A stretch of 64,000 nt of DNA, from NCBI GenBank assembly GCA_945863875.1, contig CAMBBS010000007.1, forward strand, positions 25,259 through 89,258. Direction: 5' to 3'. Under the pieces are notes generated by a model that made no database searches, had not been told where the DNA came from, and saw only the letters and a program-made list of their open reading frames with translations. The position numbers were made by a program, and so were the translations under genes. The DNA is from Desulfopila aestuarii DSM 18488 (GTDB lineage: Bacteria; Desulfobacterota; Desulfobulbia; Desulfobulbales; Desulfocapsaceae). Every line of letters starts with the position of its first letter. Position 1 is the stretch's first letter. Of the stretch, positions 47,685 through 57,145 are shown in pieces.

Positions 47685-49283
47685 ATGACTGCCAAAAAAA
47701 TCCTCTGTTTCACCTTCTGTCTTGTTCTTTTTTTTGCTCCTGACGGTTTCACGCAGACAGCCGGGCAGAGCATAGCAACATCCTTTACTCTTCTTTTCTC
47801 AGGCAACGTTTGGGGGGAGTACGAGCCCTGCGGGTGAAGTTCAAATCAGCTGGGCGGACTGTCCGGCAAGGCGCATTTATTAGCAGCATTGAGGGCGGAA
47901 ACAGCACAGCCGCTGCTTGTTGTCGATGCCGGCAATCTTCTTTTTCAAACGGCTCTCAGGGGTGCAGGGGAAGACGACAAAACCACCGCCCTCATCATCG
48001 CCCACGGCATCGTCAGGGCGTATCAGGGGATGGCCTATGATGCTGTGGCCATCAGCGCAAATGACCTTTCCGCCGGGGCTGCATTTTTCCAGCAATCCGC
48101 TGACCAATCTTTTCCCTGGGTGGCCGCCAATGTCAGTGACCAAAACGGCAGGGCGGTTGTTCCCGCACATAGTATTAAAAAAATCGCCGGCCTGACTATC
48201 GGTATTATCGGCCTGACGGGAGGGACCGGCAACGATGTTGCCGGTTTTATCATCGATGACTGGCGCACGGCCCTCAAGACAGAAATCACCTTACTTGAAA
48301 AGCGCTGCGACATATTACTGGTTCTCTCTACCCTGACGCCGGCTGAAAATAATGAAATACAGCAAAATTACAAACAGCTCGACATCGTTGTTTCCGCTGA
48401 CAACAAAGGGGCAAATATTCAACCGCAGGTGTTTCAGAACAGCCTCCTTGTGCAAAGCGGAAGTCGAGGAAAATATATAGGCAGGCTTGATATCACGAGG
48501 CATGGCCCAGGCAACTGGTACACTGCTCCCTCTCCATCACCGGCAGAAAGACCAGCCAGACTTACGGCCATCGACCGGCAACTGGGGCAACTTGAGAAAG
48601 AACAGCGCGAAACAAACAGGGATTTCAGCCAGAAAATCGCCCGGCTGCAATCGTATCGGCAAAGACTTTCCGAACAAATAGGCCAATACAAGCCAGAAGA
48701 CAGTGCCAGTACCATAGCCCCGTCCAAAAGGTTCCAATATGCTACTCTGGCGGTTAAACCGACATCGTCCCGTGCGGACACCCAGACCATCGTCCAGGAC
48801 ATCAAAAAGAGCATTGCCGCCTTGAACAGATACCGGCATGCCGGGATTCAAGCAGACGACCCGGCTCTTCTCTACGCGCTGCAGAAAAATGAGATAGTTG
48901 GTGGCAGCGCCTGCCTGCCTTGCCATGCAAAACAAACTGAATTTTGGAAAACGACCAAGCACGCCGACGCTTTTTCCACCCTTGCCGAGCAGGGCCAGAC
49001 TTTTAATCTCCAGTGCCTCCCTTGCCATGTCACTGCCGGGAGAGTCATGGCGTCCTCTGTCGACTCAGAACTGCTGTTTCTCCTCTCGCTCGATACCGAT
49101 CGTCAAACAATCGGTTGTGAGGTCTGTCACGGTCCCGGGAACAACCATCTTCTTTCCCCTGAAACAACAGCACCGCTGCGATTACCTCCTGAAGAGATCT
49201 GTCGGCAATGCCACACCCCAGATCGAGACGGCACTTTCAGCTACCCCGGAAAACTCGCGGCAATTGCCTGCCCGGCCAGTTGA
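47685..49283 (+). CDS. candidate selenoprotein: signal peptide + degenerate 5'-nucleotidase/metallophosphatase-like domain carrying C-G-[TGA] + C-terminal tetrahaem cytochrome c
   Basis: ORFs 47649..47837 and 47889..49283 share a frame, with 17 stop-free codons between them. The single in-frame TGA is at 47835-47837. There are four CxxCH sites (CLPCH, CLPCH, CEVCHGPG, CRQCH). Signal peptide 'MTAKKILCFTFCLVLFFAPDGFTQ'. Confidence 0.55.
47849..47867 (+). promoter_or_regulatory. candidate bacterial SECIS hairpin
   Basis: GCUGGGCG-GAC-UGUCCGGC starts 11 nt after the UGA: 8 bp including 3 G-U pairs, with an apical loop beginning with G about 20 nt from the UGA. An alternative tighter fold is CGGA-cug-UCCG. 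Confidence 0.35.
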
Positions 49284-49304
49284 CCCAAGAGGGCATAAAA
49301 CAAA

Positions 49305-49335
49305 GAGGGCAGTTACATATGCTGTAACTGCCCTC
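49305..49335. terminator. bidirectional hairpin terminator between the cytochrome gene (+) and ppaC (-)
   Basis: GAGGGCAGTTACA-tatgc-TGTAACTGCCCTC: 13-bp perfect stem. A run of A precedes it and TTTT follows. Confidence 0.75.
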
Positions 49336-49383
49336 CGGATTTTCCGCGGCGGAGATAAAAACGCCGTTTTTAATCAGTTTTTC

Positions 49384-50313
49384 TTAACAACCAAAAGCTT
49401 TCTGCAGATTAGGAACAGTCTGCTTTTTACGGCTCATCATGCCGGGAATCCACATGGAATTGCCGGTAAGCTTCGTATCAAAGGCTTTTTCAATGAGGGC
49501 GGGATCATCGGAGAGAACCACCAGGTCGGTTCCTTCTTTCACAACATCGGTGAGCATGAGCAGAACCGAGTGACGGCCATCGGCCTTGACGACTTCCATT
49601 GCCTTGACGAGTTCTTCGCGAACATTGGCAACCTGATCAAGGGTCGCCAGCTCAAGTTGGCCAACCCCAACTTTCTTGCCTTTCATGTCAAAATCTTTAT
49701 AATCGCGGAACAGCAAATCTTTTGCGGGAACACCGGCAACAGCGGACTTGGCTTTCAACATTTCCATGAAAAGCTCTTCCGTATCGGTTACACCGGCAAT
49801 AACTTTCAGATCATTGACGGCAAGCTTATCATCTTCGGTACAGGTGGGGGATTTGAAATTTACGGTATCACTCAAAATTGCTGCGAGCATTCCGCCGGCG
49901 ATGTTTTGAGGAATGGCAACTCCGGCATCCTTGAACATCTTGTTCAAGACAGTTCCGGTACAACCAACAGGCTCTGCTCTGAACAGTATCGGGGTGTTGG
50001 TGGTGACATCACCAATTTTGTGGTGATCAACAACTGCAACCAATTCGGCTGAAGCCAGGTTGGCAGGGCCCTGGGCGAGATCGCTAAAGTCTACGAGCGC
50101 GATTTGCTTGCCGGCGGCATCGGTGAGCAGTTCAGGAGCAGCAAGACCAAAGCGTTTCAAAACAGTAGTGGACTCTGGATTGAGATCCGCTGCGGCAATT
50201 TGCATACATGCCTTTGCTTCCATACCTTGAGCGTTGAGCAGAGCTGCAAAGGCAATTGCAGATGTTACTGAATCAGTATCAGGATTTGCATGTCCAACAA
50301 CAGAAATAGCCAT
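49384..50313 (-). CDS. ppaC: manganese-dependent inorganic pyrophosphatase (family II, DHH)
   Basis: 'VVGHANPDTDSVTSAIAFA', 'VVDHHKIGD' and 'DTVNFKSPTCT'. Confidence 0.9.
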   Translation of the reverse strand: MAISVVGHANPDTDSVTSAIAFAALLNAQGMEAKACMQIAAADLNPESTTVLKRFGLAAPELLTDAAGKQIALVDFSDLAQGPANLASAELVAVVDHHKIGDVTTNTPILFRAEPVGCTGTVLNKMFKDAGVAIPQNIAGGMLAAILSDTVNFKSPTCTEDDKLAVNDLKVIAGVTDTEELFMEMLKAKSAVAGVPAKDLLFRDYKDFDMKGKKVGVGQLELATLDQVANVREELVKAMEVVKADGRHSVLLMLTDVVKEGTDLVVLSDDPALIEKAFDTKLTGNSMWIPGMMSRKKQTVPNLQKAFGC

Positions 50314-50657
50314 TAACGTTCCTCCAAATTAAATTAATAGTAGTAACCGCAATCTTTTCTTCTTACTTTATTATATTATTTACTTAAATGACTTTTGGAT
50401 TCACAAATGAGACTCCCCAAAATAGTGTTTTCAACGGTATCAGTCAAGGATTAAAAACACCTGGCCGAGATTGACGTGTCAATAGTCTGCTCCACCCCCT
50501 ATCCAGGGCAGTGTTTTTCTTGATTGGGTTACCCTGATTCCGCTTCAAACTCCCTCTTCCTGCGTGACTTTGATGGTGGTATGGGGTATCTTTTCTGTTA
50601 ATCGCGCATCTTGGATGCGGATCATTTCCCCCTACCTTTTCCTAATGTGAATAACCG

Positions 50658-51680
50658 ATGGATGGACAAAACGACAGGGAGCTTCCTCGGTCCCGAGTAA
50701 AAAGAGGCGTGAGCACCTTTACCTATCTGGCCATTGCCCTCGTGGTATTATTTTTCGTCATTTTTTATCTTTACCTGGTCAAGGATCCCTCCACAACCCC
50801 GACATCCGCCATCGCCCCCGCGGGAAGCACAGCCGTGGTTGGCGAGACACCACTTACCGAAAAAACGACGGCAGAAACCCCACAAGGCAAGACCGAGCCG
50901 GCACAGCCTGATCAGCCGACACAGCAACCAGGAGCAGGAGCATCTTCTTTAGAAGGCGAAGTTCCTGGATCAGCAGAGGAGACATTGGGAGCCCTTGCTC
51001 GTCTTCCTGCGGCAGCAGATGTATCCGACCAGATCGAGCAACAGCTGTCCGCCGGTGGCGATTACCAGCGTCTCATTGCAGAAGTCAATGCCTTCTATGC
51101 TCATCTCGATCAGCAACCGTACATGAAAAGCTTTGCTCTGCAAGAGGCGAGCAAAGTCTATTTTTCAAAACTTGTACAAAAACTTGTCGATAATCCTCCG
51201 GTAGTTCATCGGGAAACCGACGACCTGTTCACCCTTCTACAAAATACAGCGCATTTCTTTCGCATTCTCGGCAAGGATAACATGCATATTGCTCAATCGA
51301 TACTTGACAGAGAAAAAAATTCCTTTGAACAGGTCGTCAAGGCATTCTATGGACTAACCTATCAACCGATATCCCTCAAGCAAGAATATGCCCTGTCCAT
51401 TTCTCCTGAAGCCCTCACCGATTACGCTGCATTTTTTCTAAATACCATGGGCGGGCGACTCTATCTTTTTCGCCGTGACTCCACCTTGAGGATGCTGGTG
51501 AATTACTATGCCATCCTCACCATTGACCGTGCCAACAAGCAAGGCAACGGCGGCCATGGTATTGATCTCAATCCGGCAATACTTTCCCTCATCGAAGAGA
51601 TAGACAATGGTGGAAACCGCCTGCAGCAAAAGGACCAGTACCTTGAAGTACTGTACGACCTTCAGGAAAAATATAATTAG
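50658..51680 (+). CDS. membrane-anchored protein of unknown function (TM anchor, Pro/Thr/Gln-rich linker, about 220-aa globular domain)
   Basis: 'FTYLAIALVVLFFVIFYLYLV', then 'PSTTPTSAIAPAGS...EPAQPDQPTQQPGAG'. No recognisable motif. Confidence 0.5.
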   Translation: MDGQNDRELPRSRVKRGVSTFTYLAIALVVLFFVIFYLYLVKDPSTTPTSAIAPAGSTAVVGETPLTEKTTAETPQGKTEPAQPDQPTQQPGAGASSLEGEVPGSAEETLGALARLPAAADVSDQIEQQLSAGGDYQRLIAEVNAFYAHLDQQPYMKSFALQEASKVYFSKLVQKLVDNPPVVHRETDDLFTLLQNTAHFFRILGKDNMHIAQSILDREKNSFEQVVKAFYGLTYQPISLKQEYALSISPEALTDYAAFFLNTMGGRLYLFRRDSTLRMLVNYYAILTIDRANKQGNGGHGIDLNPAILSLIEEIDNGGNRLQQKDQYLEVLYDLQEKYN

Positions 51681-51803
51681 CCGATCTTTCGACTATTTTT
51701 CGCACTTGACAAAACATCTTACGGTTCCACCCTGCACCCGGTTTGCCATTTCTATGTGACTGACATATACTGAAGAAAATAAAGTTTCAGAAGGAGTCAC
51801 GGA

Positions 51804-52538
51804 ATGAACCTGTCGCTGCTCACCCAGATCATGCATACTCCTGCCGACGAGACCGGCAGCGGTGTGCCGGGGTCCGTCAATTACGGTACCCGCAGGTCTG
51901 GCCAACCTGCTGGAGAGAATAAGGGTCAATCCGTGGCCGAGGATACAGTCACCCTCTCCCCTGAAGGAAAAGACAAAGCCTTTCGTGCCGACACTGTTTT
52001 CGGCGCGGAAAAAACTGGGGAAGAGAGCGCAACAGAGAGCCTCGATCAGCAGGAGCTGGCGCAACTGCAGCAGCTGAAGCGCCGGGACGTGGAAGTTCGG
52101 GCCCACGAGCAGGCACACCTGTCAGCTGCCGGTCAATATGCCCGGGGAGGCGCTTCTTTTACCCTTCAGAAAGGGCCTGACGGTGTTTCGTATGCCATCG
52201 GAGGTGAAGTCGGCATAGATGTCGCGAAGGAAGCCACTCCTGCAGCGACAATAACCAAGATGCAAACCGTCAAACGAGCCGCTCTGGCTCCGGCTAATCC
52301 TTCTGGAGCCGACAAAAGGATCGCCGCCCAGGCGGGTGCCAAGGAGGCGCAGGCCAGACAGGAACTGCTTCAGGTACAGCAGGAAGCGTTGTTACGCAGT
52401 GAAGAGGGTGCAGGCACTCTCTCCAGGAGTGACGTTGCCGGCAAGGGCGCTGAACCCGACACGCCGGCAATAACAGCGTCCACATATGGTAGTTTGAAAA
52501 CAAAATTTGCCGTTTATGAAAAAATGGCCGCAAAGTAA
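51804..52538 (+). CDS. SprA-related family protein (putative metalloprotease-like, PF12118-type)
   Basis: 'LKRRDVEVRAHEQAHLSAAGQYARGGASFTLQKGPDGVSYAIGGEVGID' matches, from memory, the conserved core of that family. Confidence 0.6.
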   Translation: MNLSLLTQIMHTPADETGSGVPGSVNYGTRRSGQPAGENKGQSVAEDTVTLSPEGKDKAFRADTVFGAEKTGEESATESLDQQELAQLQQLKRRDVEVRAHEQAHLSAAGQYARGGASFTLQKGPDGVSYAIGGEVGIDVAKEATPAATITKMQTVKRAALAPANPSGADKRIAAQAGAKEAQARQELLQVQQEALLRSEEGAGTLSRSDVAGKGAEPDTPAITASTYGSLKTKFAVYEKMAAK

Positions 52539-52598
52539 CCGCATATTTCATTCGCCACCGATACATTAACCACTTACGCTACCCTCTTTTTTTAGATT

Positions 52599-53909
52599 AT
52601 GAACCAATCGCATTATAACGACAGTCTGTTCTCTTTTCTCTCCTCCTCCCCTACCCCTTATCATGCAGTTGCAGGTATTGAAGACTTTCTGCGTCTGCAT
52701 GGATTTATACAGCTGCAGGAAAATGCGCCATGGCAGCTTGAAAAAGGTTTTTCTTATTTTGTTACCAGGGAAAAAAGCGCGATGATCGCTTTTACCCTAG
52801 GCAGTAGGGAGGACCCTGAACATGGTTTCAGGATGCTCGCTGCACACACCGACAGTCCTTGCCTGCAGATCAAGCCCCGCCCTGATATAAAGACAGCTTC
52901 GTATCAACAACTTGGCGTTGAGATATATGGCGGCGGTTTGCTTGGTACCTGGTTTGACCGCGATCTTTCCCTGGCAGGACGGGTAGCAGGTGCAATGGCC
53001 GACGGCACTTTGGCGGTACGACTGATTGATTTTAACCGTCCTCTGCTCACCGTTCCCAGCATAGCCATCCATTTCAACCGGGAGGCGAATACGACCAATA
53101 CCATCGACCGGCAGAAACATCTTCCTCCGATTATCGCCCAATCTATCGACAGGCAATTACCCGAATTCAGAGCACTTCTTCTCGAGCAAATGCAGCTCGA
53201 GCATCCCAAGGCAATGATAGAGGAAATTCTGGCGTTCGATCTCTTTTGCTACGATTTTCACGGACCGGCCTATATCGGCATGAATAACGAGTTCATCAGC
53301 TCGGCCCGGCTGGACAACCTGCTCAGCTGTCATGCCGGCATGACGGCGCTGGCCCAGGCGGACCGGTCAAGAAACAGCCTGCTCTTCTGCGCCAACCACG
53401 AGGAAAACGGATCCACTTCAGCAACAGGCGCCCAGGGCTCTTTTATTGATTCTGTCATTGAGCGCATTCTCCCCAACCCCGAGGCCAGGAGCATCTCCCT
53501 GAGTAATTCTTTTCTCATCTCCATGGATAATGCCCATGCCGCCCATCCCAATTTCATGGACAAGATTGATGCCGGCCATGAAATCCATCTCAATAAAGGT
53601 CCGGTCATTAAACTGAACGCCAATCAACGCTACGCGACAAACAGTCTCAGTGCAGCCATCTATAAGCTGCTTTGCAAAGAGGCCTGCATTCCTTGCCAGG
53701 AATTTGTCATGCGCAGTGACATGCCCTGCGGCAGCACAATAGGTCCCATCACGGCTGCCCGCCTCGGGGTAAAAACCATCGATGTCGGCGCGGCAAGCCT
53801 GGCAATGCATTCTATCCGTGAACTTACCGGCAGCAGTGATCCTTTTCTTCTCTACCGGACGATTGGGCAATTCTTAAGCAGTGACACGCACAGACAATTG
53901 CTGCAATAA
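52599..53909 (+). CDS. M18-family (aspartyl) aminopeptidase
   Basis: 'TPYHAV', 'AAHTDSPCLQIKP', 'FCANHEENGSTSATGAQ' and 'MPCGSTIGPI'. Confidence 0.88.
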   Translation: MNQSHYNDSLFSFLSSSPTPYHAVAGIEDFLRLHGFIQLQENAPWQLEKGFSYFVTREKSAMIAFTLGSREDPEHGFRMLAAHTDSPCLQIKPRPDIKTASYQQLGVEIYGGGLLGTWFDRDLSLAGRVAGAMADGTLAVRLIDFNRPLLTVPSIAIHFNREANTTNTIDRQKHLPPIIAQSIDRQLPEFRALLLEQMQLEHPKAMIEEILAFDLFCYDFHGPAYIGMNNEFISSARLDNLLSCHAGMTALAQADRSRNSLLFCANHEENGSTSATGAQGSFIDSVIERILPNPEARSISLSNSFLISMDNAHAAHPNFMDKIDAGHEIHLNKGPVIKLNANQRYATNSLSAAIYKLLCKEACIPCQEFVMRSDMPCGSTIGPITAARLGVKTIDVGAASLAMHSIRELTGSSDPFLLYRTIGQFLSSDTHRQLLQ

Positions 53910-54301
53910 ACAGGACAGGGGTTAATGCAAGAATCCCAGACACGATAGCCACGCCGCCAAGGAACCTGTCAGGTCACGTCGCGCACATTTGCCGACGCTC
54001 CTTGTGCCTCTCTTTACTCATTCGCCAAAAATTCTATTTAAGTTTTAAATTTATTTGTTATACTTATCAAACACATAAATAACGTTGTTTGGGGCTGTTT
54101 TGTATGTTTTTCCTTTTACATCCATAATCTACTCACAGGCAATCCTCTCATAAAAAGCAACATTGAGGTATTTACAAAATCATATCTGAAAGGTACACTA
54201 TCCAGCGGATTACATTGTAGTATATTCGGCTACCACCTCTAATCATTCAGAGATTCTTATATTTTCTCACCAACTCTCACTCAATTTATACTCTATACCC
54301 C

Positions 54302-54892
54302 ATGCCGATGAGCTCCCCGACCGCTCACATTGCCACGTTGTATCGGTTTTGTGCCCAAAGTATGCAATACCCCGATAGTGAATGGTTTATCGATAACTAT
54401 CTGACATGCCTCTACAGCCTCCTCGACGCCCTTGGCGGCAGTGAAGAAAAAGCCACTTTGCAGGCTGAATTCAGCGCGAGCAAGGATATTCTCGAGGATC
54501 TCCAGGTTGAATACACTCGACTCTTCATAAACGGCGTGCCCCATGTTGCCGCGCCGCCATATGGCTCGGTCTATCTGGAAAAAACCCTGCGAGGGAAATA
54601 TTCCGATACGGTCTTGACGTACTACCGCTCTCTCGGCTACAACCTTACCGAAAATGCCGACCTTCCCGACAGCTTAATACATCAGCTTGAGTTTCTTTCT
54701 TTTCTCGCCGAAGATAACAACCAAGCACGTGAAGAGGAATTTCTCGCTCGTTTTTTTCTGCCGTGGTTTTCAATTTTTGCATCAAAAGTTAAAGAGGAGG
54801 CGCAGCATCCTTTTTATCGAACTATCGTCAGTTTTATTGATTTTTTCACAAAGGAGGACATGGAATATGGCGTTCAACATCACGAGGCGTAA
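54302..54892 (+). CDS. TorD/DmsD-family redox enzyme maturation chaperone
   Basis: 'LYRFCAQSMQYPDSEWF', 'EYTRLFINGVPHVAAPPYGSVYLE' and 'DSLIHQLEFLSFLAE'. Overlaps the catalytic subunit start by 26 nt. Confidence 0.75.
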   Translation: MPMSSPTAHIATLYRFCAQSMQYPDSEWFIDNYLTCLYSLLDALGGSEEKATLQAEFSASKDILEDLQVEYTRLFINGVPHVAAPPYGSVYLEKTLRGKYSDTVLTYYRSLGYNLTENADLPDSLIHQLEFLSFLAEDNNQAREEEFLARFFLPWFSIFASKVKEEAQHPFYRTIVSFIDFFTKEDMEYGVQHHEA

Positions 54893-57110
54893 ATTTTTAC
54901 AGTCTGCCTCATTGGCAGCGGTCGCACTCCCCCTTTCCGGTGCCCTTGCATCAGAGAGCGGTATCACACGTTCCCCCCTTGAGCCTAAAGGATCATTGCA
55001 GGATGAGACTGTGGTCGGCGGGGTCTGTGAGATGTGTTTCTGGCGATGTCAGCTCGTCGGAAAAACACGTGGTGACCGACTGGTCAAACTTGAAGGGAAT
55101 CCCAAATCGATCGACAACGGCAGCGCAATATGTGCCCGGGGTAACGCCGGTATCCAACTGCTCTACGATCCGGACAGGCTGAAATACCCGCTTAAAAATG
55201 TTGGCGAACGTGGCAAGCCCAAATGGAAAAGAATCAGCTGGGAAGAGGCCCTCGATGAGTGTGGCAGCAAACTGAAAGCCGTGCAGGACAAATATGGCCC
55301 GCAGGGCCTGTGCATGTTCCCCCATGGTTCAACTGCTAAATATCCCATGCATTTCATGGAGCGCACACTCGGCACGCATAATGTCAGCGAGGCCTCTTTC
55401 TTCCAGTGCCGGGGCATTCGCGATATGGCCTACATGGCCACCATGGGAATGCCCCCGGGTGAATTTGTCGATATGCCAAATGCCAAAGTTATCTTCCTGC
55501 TGGGCGGCCATTTCGGCGAGAACATTCATGTCAGCCATATTAAACAATATATACAGGGCCTGCAGAACGGCGCCAAACTGATCGTCGTCGACCCACGCTA
55601 CTCAGCCTCTGCGGCCAAATCCGATATCTGGGTGAAAATCAAGCCGGGTACGGATACCGCCTTTCTGCTCGCCATCATGAACTATCTGGTCAGCAAGAAT
55701 AAATATGATGCCGAATTTGTCGAGGAGTACGGCCAAGGCTTCGATGAGTTCAAAGAGGGCATCAAGGACTGGAGCCTGGAAAAAGCCGCCAAGGAGTGCG
55801 ACATCCCGGCCGCTCAAATCAAGGAAGTCGCTGACATGCTCGCGGCCAATGCACCGAATGTTTCCATCCACCCTGGTCGTCATGTGTCCTGGTACGGCAA
55901 CGATTTCCAGCGACAGCGTTCCCTGGCCTGTCTCACCGGACTCCTTGGCGCCTACTTTGTCAAAGGCGGCTGGGTCCCCGGGAAAGAACCGAAGGTCGGG
56001 AAAACCAGCTGGGCCAAAAAAGAGCACGATGGCGAACATAATCTCAATCTCAACGCCGATGAAGAGAGCATCTACCCCTACTCTCCTCCCGGCACGCCAA
56101 CGGAACTGATCAGAGATGCGGCCTTAACCGGAAAACCTTATCCCATCAAGGGTTGCGTTATCTGGGGCCAAAACCCTATCCAGACCATTCCCGGCCAGGA
56201 AAAAATGAAAGAGGTTCTGCAGCAGATGGACTTCGTCATGTGTGTTGACGTCATGCCGACCGACGCAACCATGTGGGCCGACATTCTCCTGCCGGAAGTG
56301 AGCTATCTGGAACGCCATGACCTGGTCAAGACCGGCACACAGTGGAATTTTGCTGACAAACACCAGCAATATATCACCGCCAGAATGCCCCTGGTCGCCC
56401 CGATGTTTGAGCGAAAGGACCAGGTCTATATCACCAACGAGATTGCCAGGCGGATGGGCTATGAAAAAGATATTCCCGTCCAGACCGTTGAAGAACTGGT
56501 GGAAAAAGACCTCAGTGTCGCCAATCTGACCCTGGCGCAATTAAAGCAGGAAGGTGGAATCCATCTCCGTGAGGGGAAAGACCCCTATCAAATGCCGGAA
56601 GATTTTGAAATTTTATTTTTCAATGAGGATATTGCCGATGCAGGCTTTCCCGGCGTTCCAACCTATATCCCCGTAGAACAGGGTCCCGCCGGCTACGCGA
56701 GACTGCTCTATGGCCGGGTGCCGGTCCACACCTTCAACAGAACCCAGAACAATATCTGGCTGAACAAGGCCATGCCCGACAATCCCGTGTGGCTCAACGA
56801 TCAGGCTGCGGCGAAAATGGGCCTGAAAGATGGTGATGTGGTGGGTTTTATTAATCAGGACGGCATAAAATCCCGTACCACCACGGTGGTCAAGACCACT
56901 CCGGGCATTCGCGCGGATTCCGTCTATATGGCCCATGGCTACGGTTCCGCCAATCCGCTCATGAGTGTCGGGGTTGATGCCGGTGTTGATGATACGAGTC
57001 TTATAACCAAAATTACAGTTGACCCTGAGACCGGCGCCCATGGAATGCGCAACAACTTTGTCAAATTGACCAGAGATGGCAAAATTATTGATATTCCGGC
57101 CGCCGTCTAG
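54867..57110 (+). CDS. molybdopterin (bis-MGD) oxidoreductase catalytic subunit, Psr/Phs/Arr-clade-like, Tat-exported
   Basis: Start at the ATG at 54867 after AAGGAGG. Tat signal 'ITRRKFLQSASLAAVALPLSGALA'. FeS0 motif 'CEMCFWRC...ICARG'. MGD-binding blocks 'KLIVVDPRYSASA...IKPGTDTA', and C-terminal 'DGDVVGFINQDG'. Confidence 0.85.
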   Translation: MAFNITRRKFLQSASLAAVALPLSGALASESGITRSPLEPKGSLQDETVVGGVCEMCFWRCQLVGKTRGDRLVKLEGNPKSIDNGSAICARGNAGIQLLYDPDRLKYPLKNVGERGKPKWKRISWEEALDECGSKLKAVQDKYGPQGLCMFPHGSTAKYPMHFMERTLGTHNVSEASFFQCRGIRDMAYMATMGMPPGEFVDMPNAKVIFLLGGHFGENIHVSHIKQYIQGLQNGAKLIVVDPRYSASAAKSDIWVKIKPGTDTAFLLAIMNYLVSKNKYDAEFVEEYGQGFDEFKEGIKDWSLEKAAKECDIPAAQIKEVADMLAANAPNVSIHPGRHVSWYGNDFQRQRSLACLTGLLGAYFVKGGWVPGKEPKVGKTSWAKKEHDGEHNLNLNADEESIYPYSPPGTPTELIRDAALTGKPYPIKGCVIWGQNPIQTIPGQEKMKEVLQQMDFVMCVDVMPTDATMWADILLPEVSYLERHDLVKTGTQWNFADKHQQYITARMPLVAPMFERKDQVYITNEIARRMGYEKDIPVQTVEELVEKDLSVANLTLAQLKQEGGIHLREGKDPYQMPEDFEILFFNEDIADAGFPGVPTYIPVEQGPAGYARLLYGRVPVHTFNRTQNNIWLNKAMPDNPVWLNDQAAAKMGLKDGDVVGFINQDGIKSRTTTVVKTTPGIRADSVYMAHGYGSANPLMSVGVDAGVDDTSLITKITVDPETGAHGMRNNFVKLTRDGKIIDIPAAV

Positions 57111-57145
57111 ATTCGGCTTTAAAGGTATTATTTCAGGAGAATACA

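Noticed and set aside
48898-50052. 384-aa ORF on the plus strand
   Set aside because: It runs out of frame through the 3' end of the cytochrome gene and then antisense to ppaC. It has no motifs and a Gly/Asn/Phe-rich shadow composition. The ppaC frame opposite has unmistakable DHH motifs.
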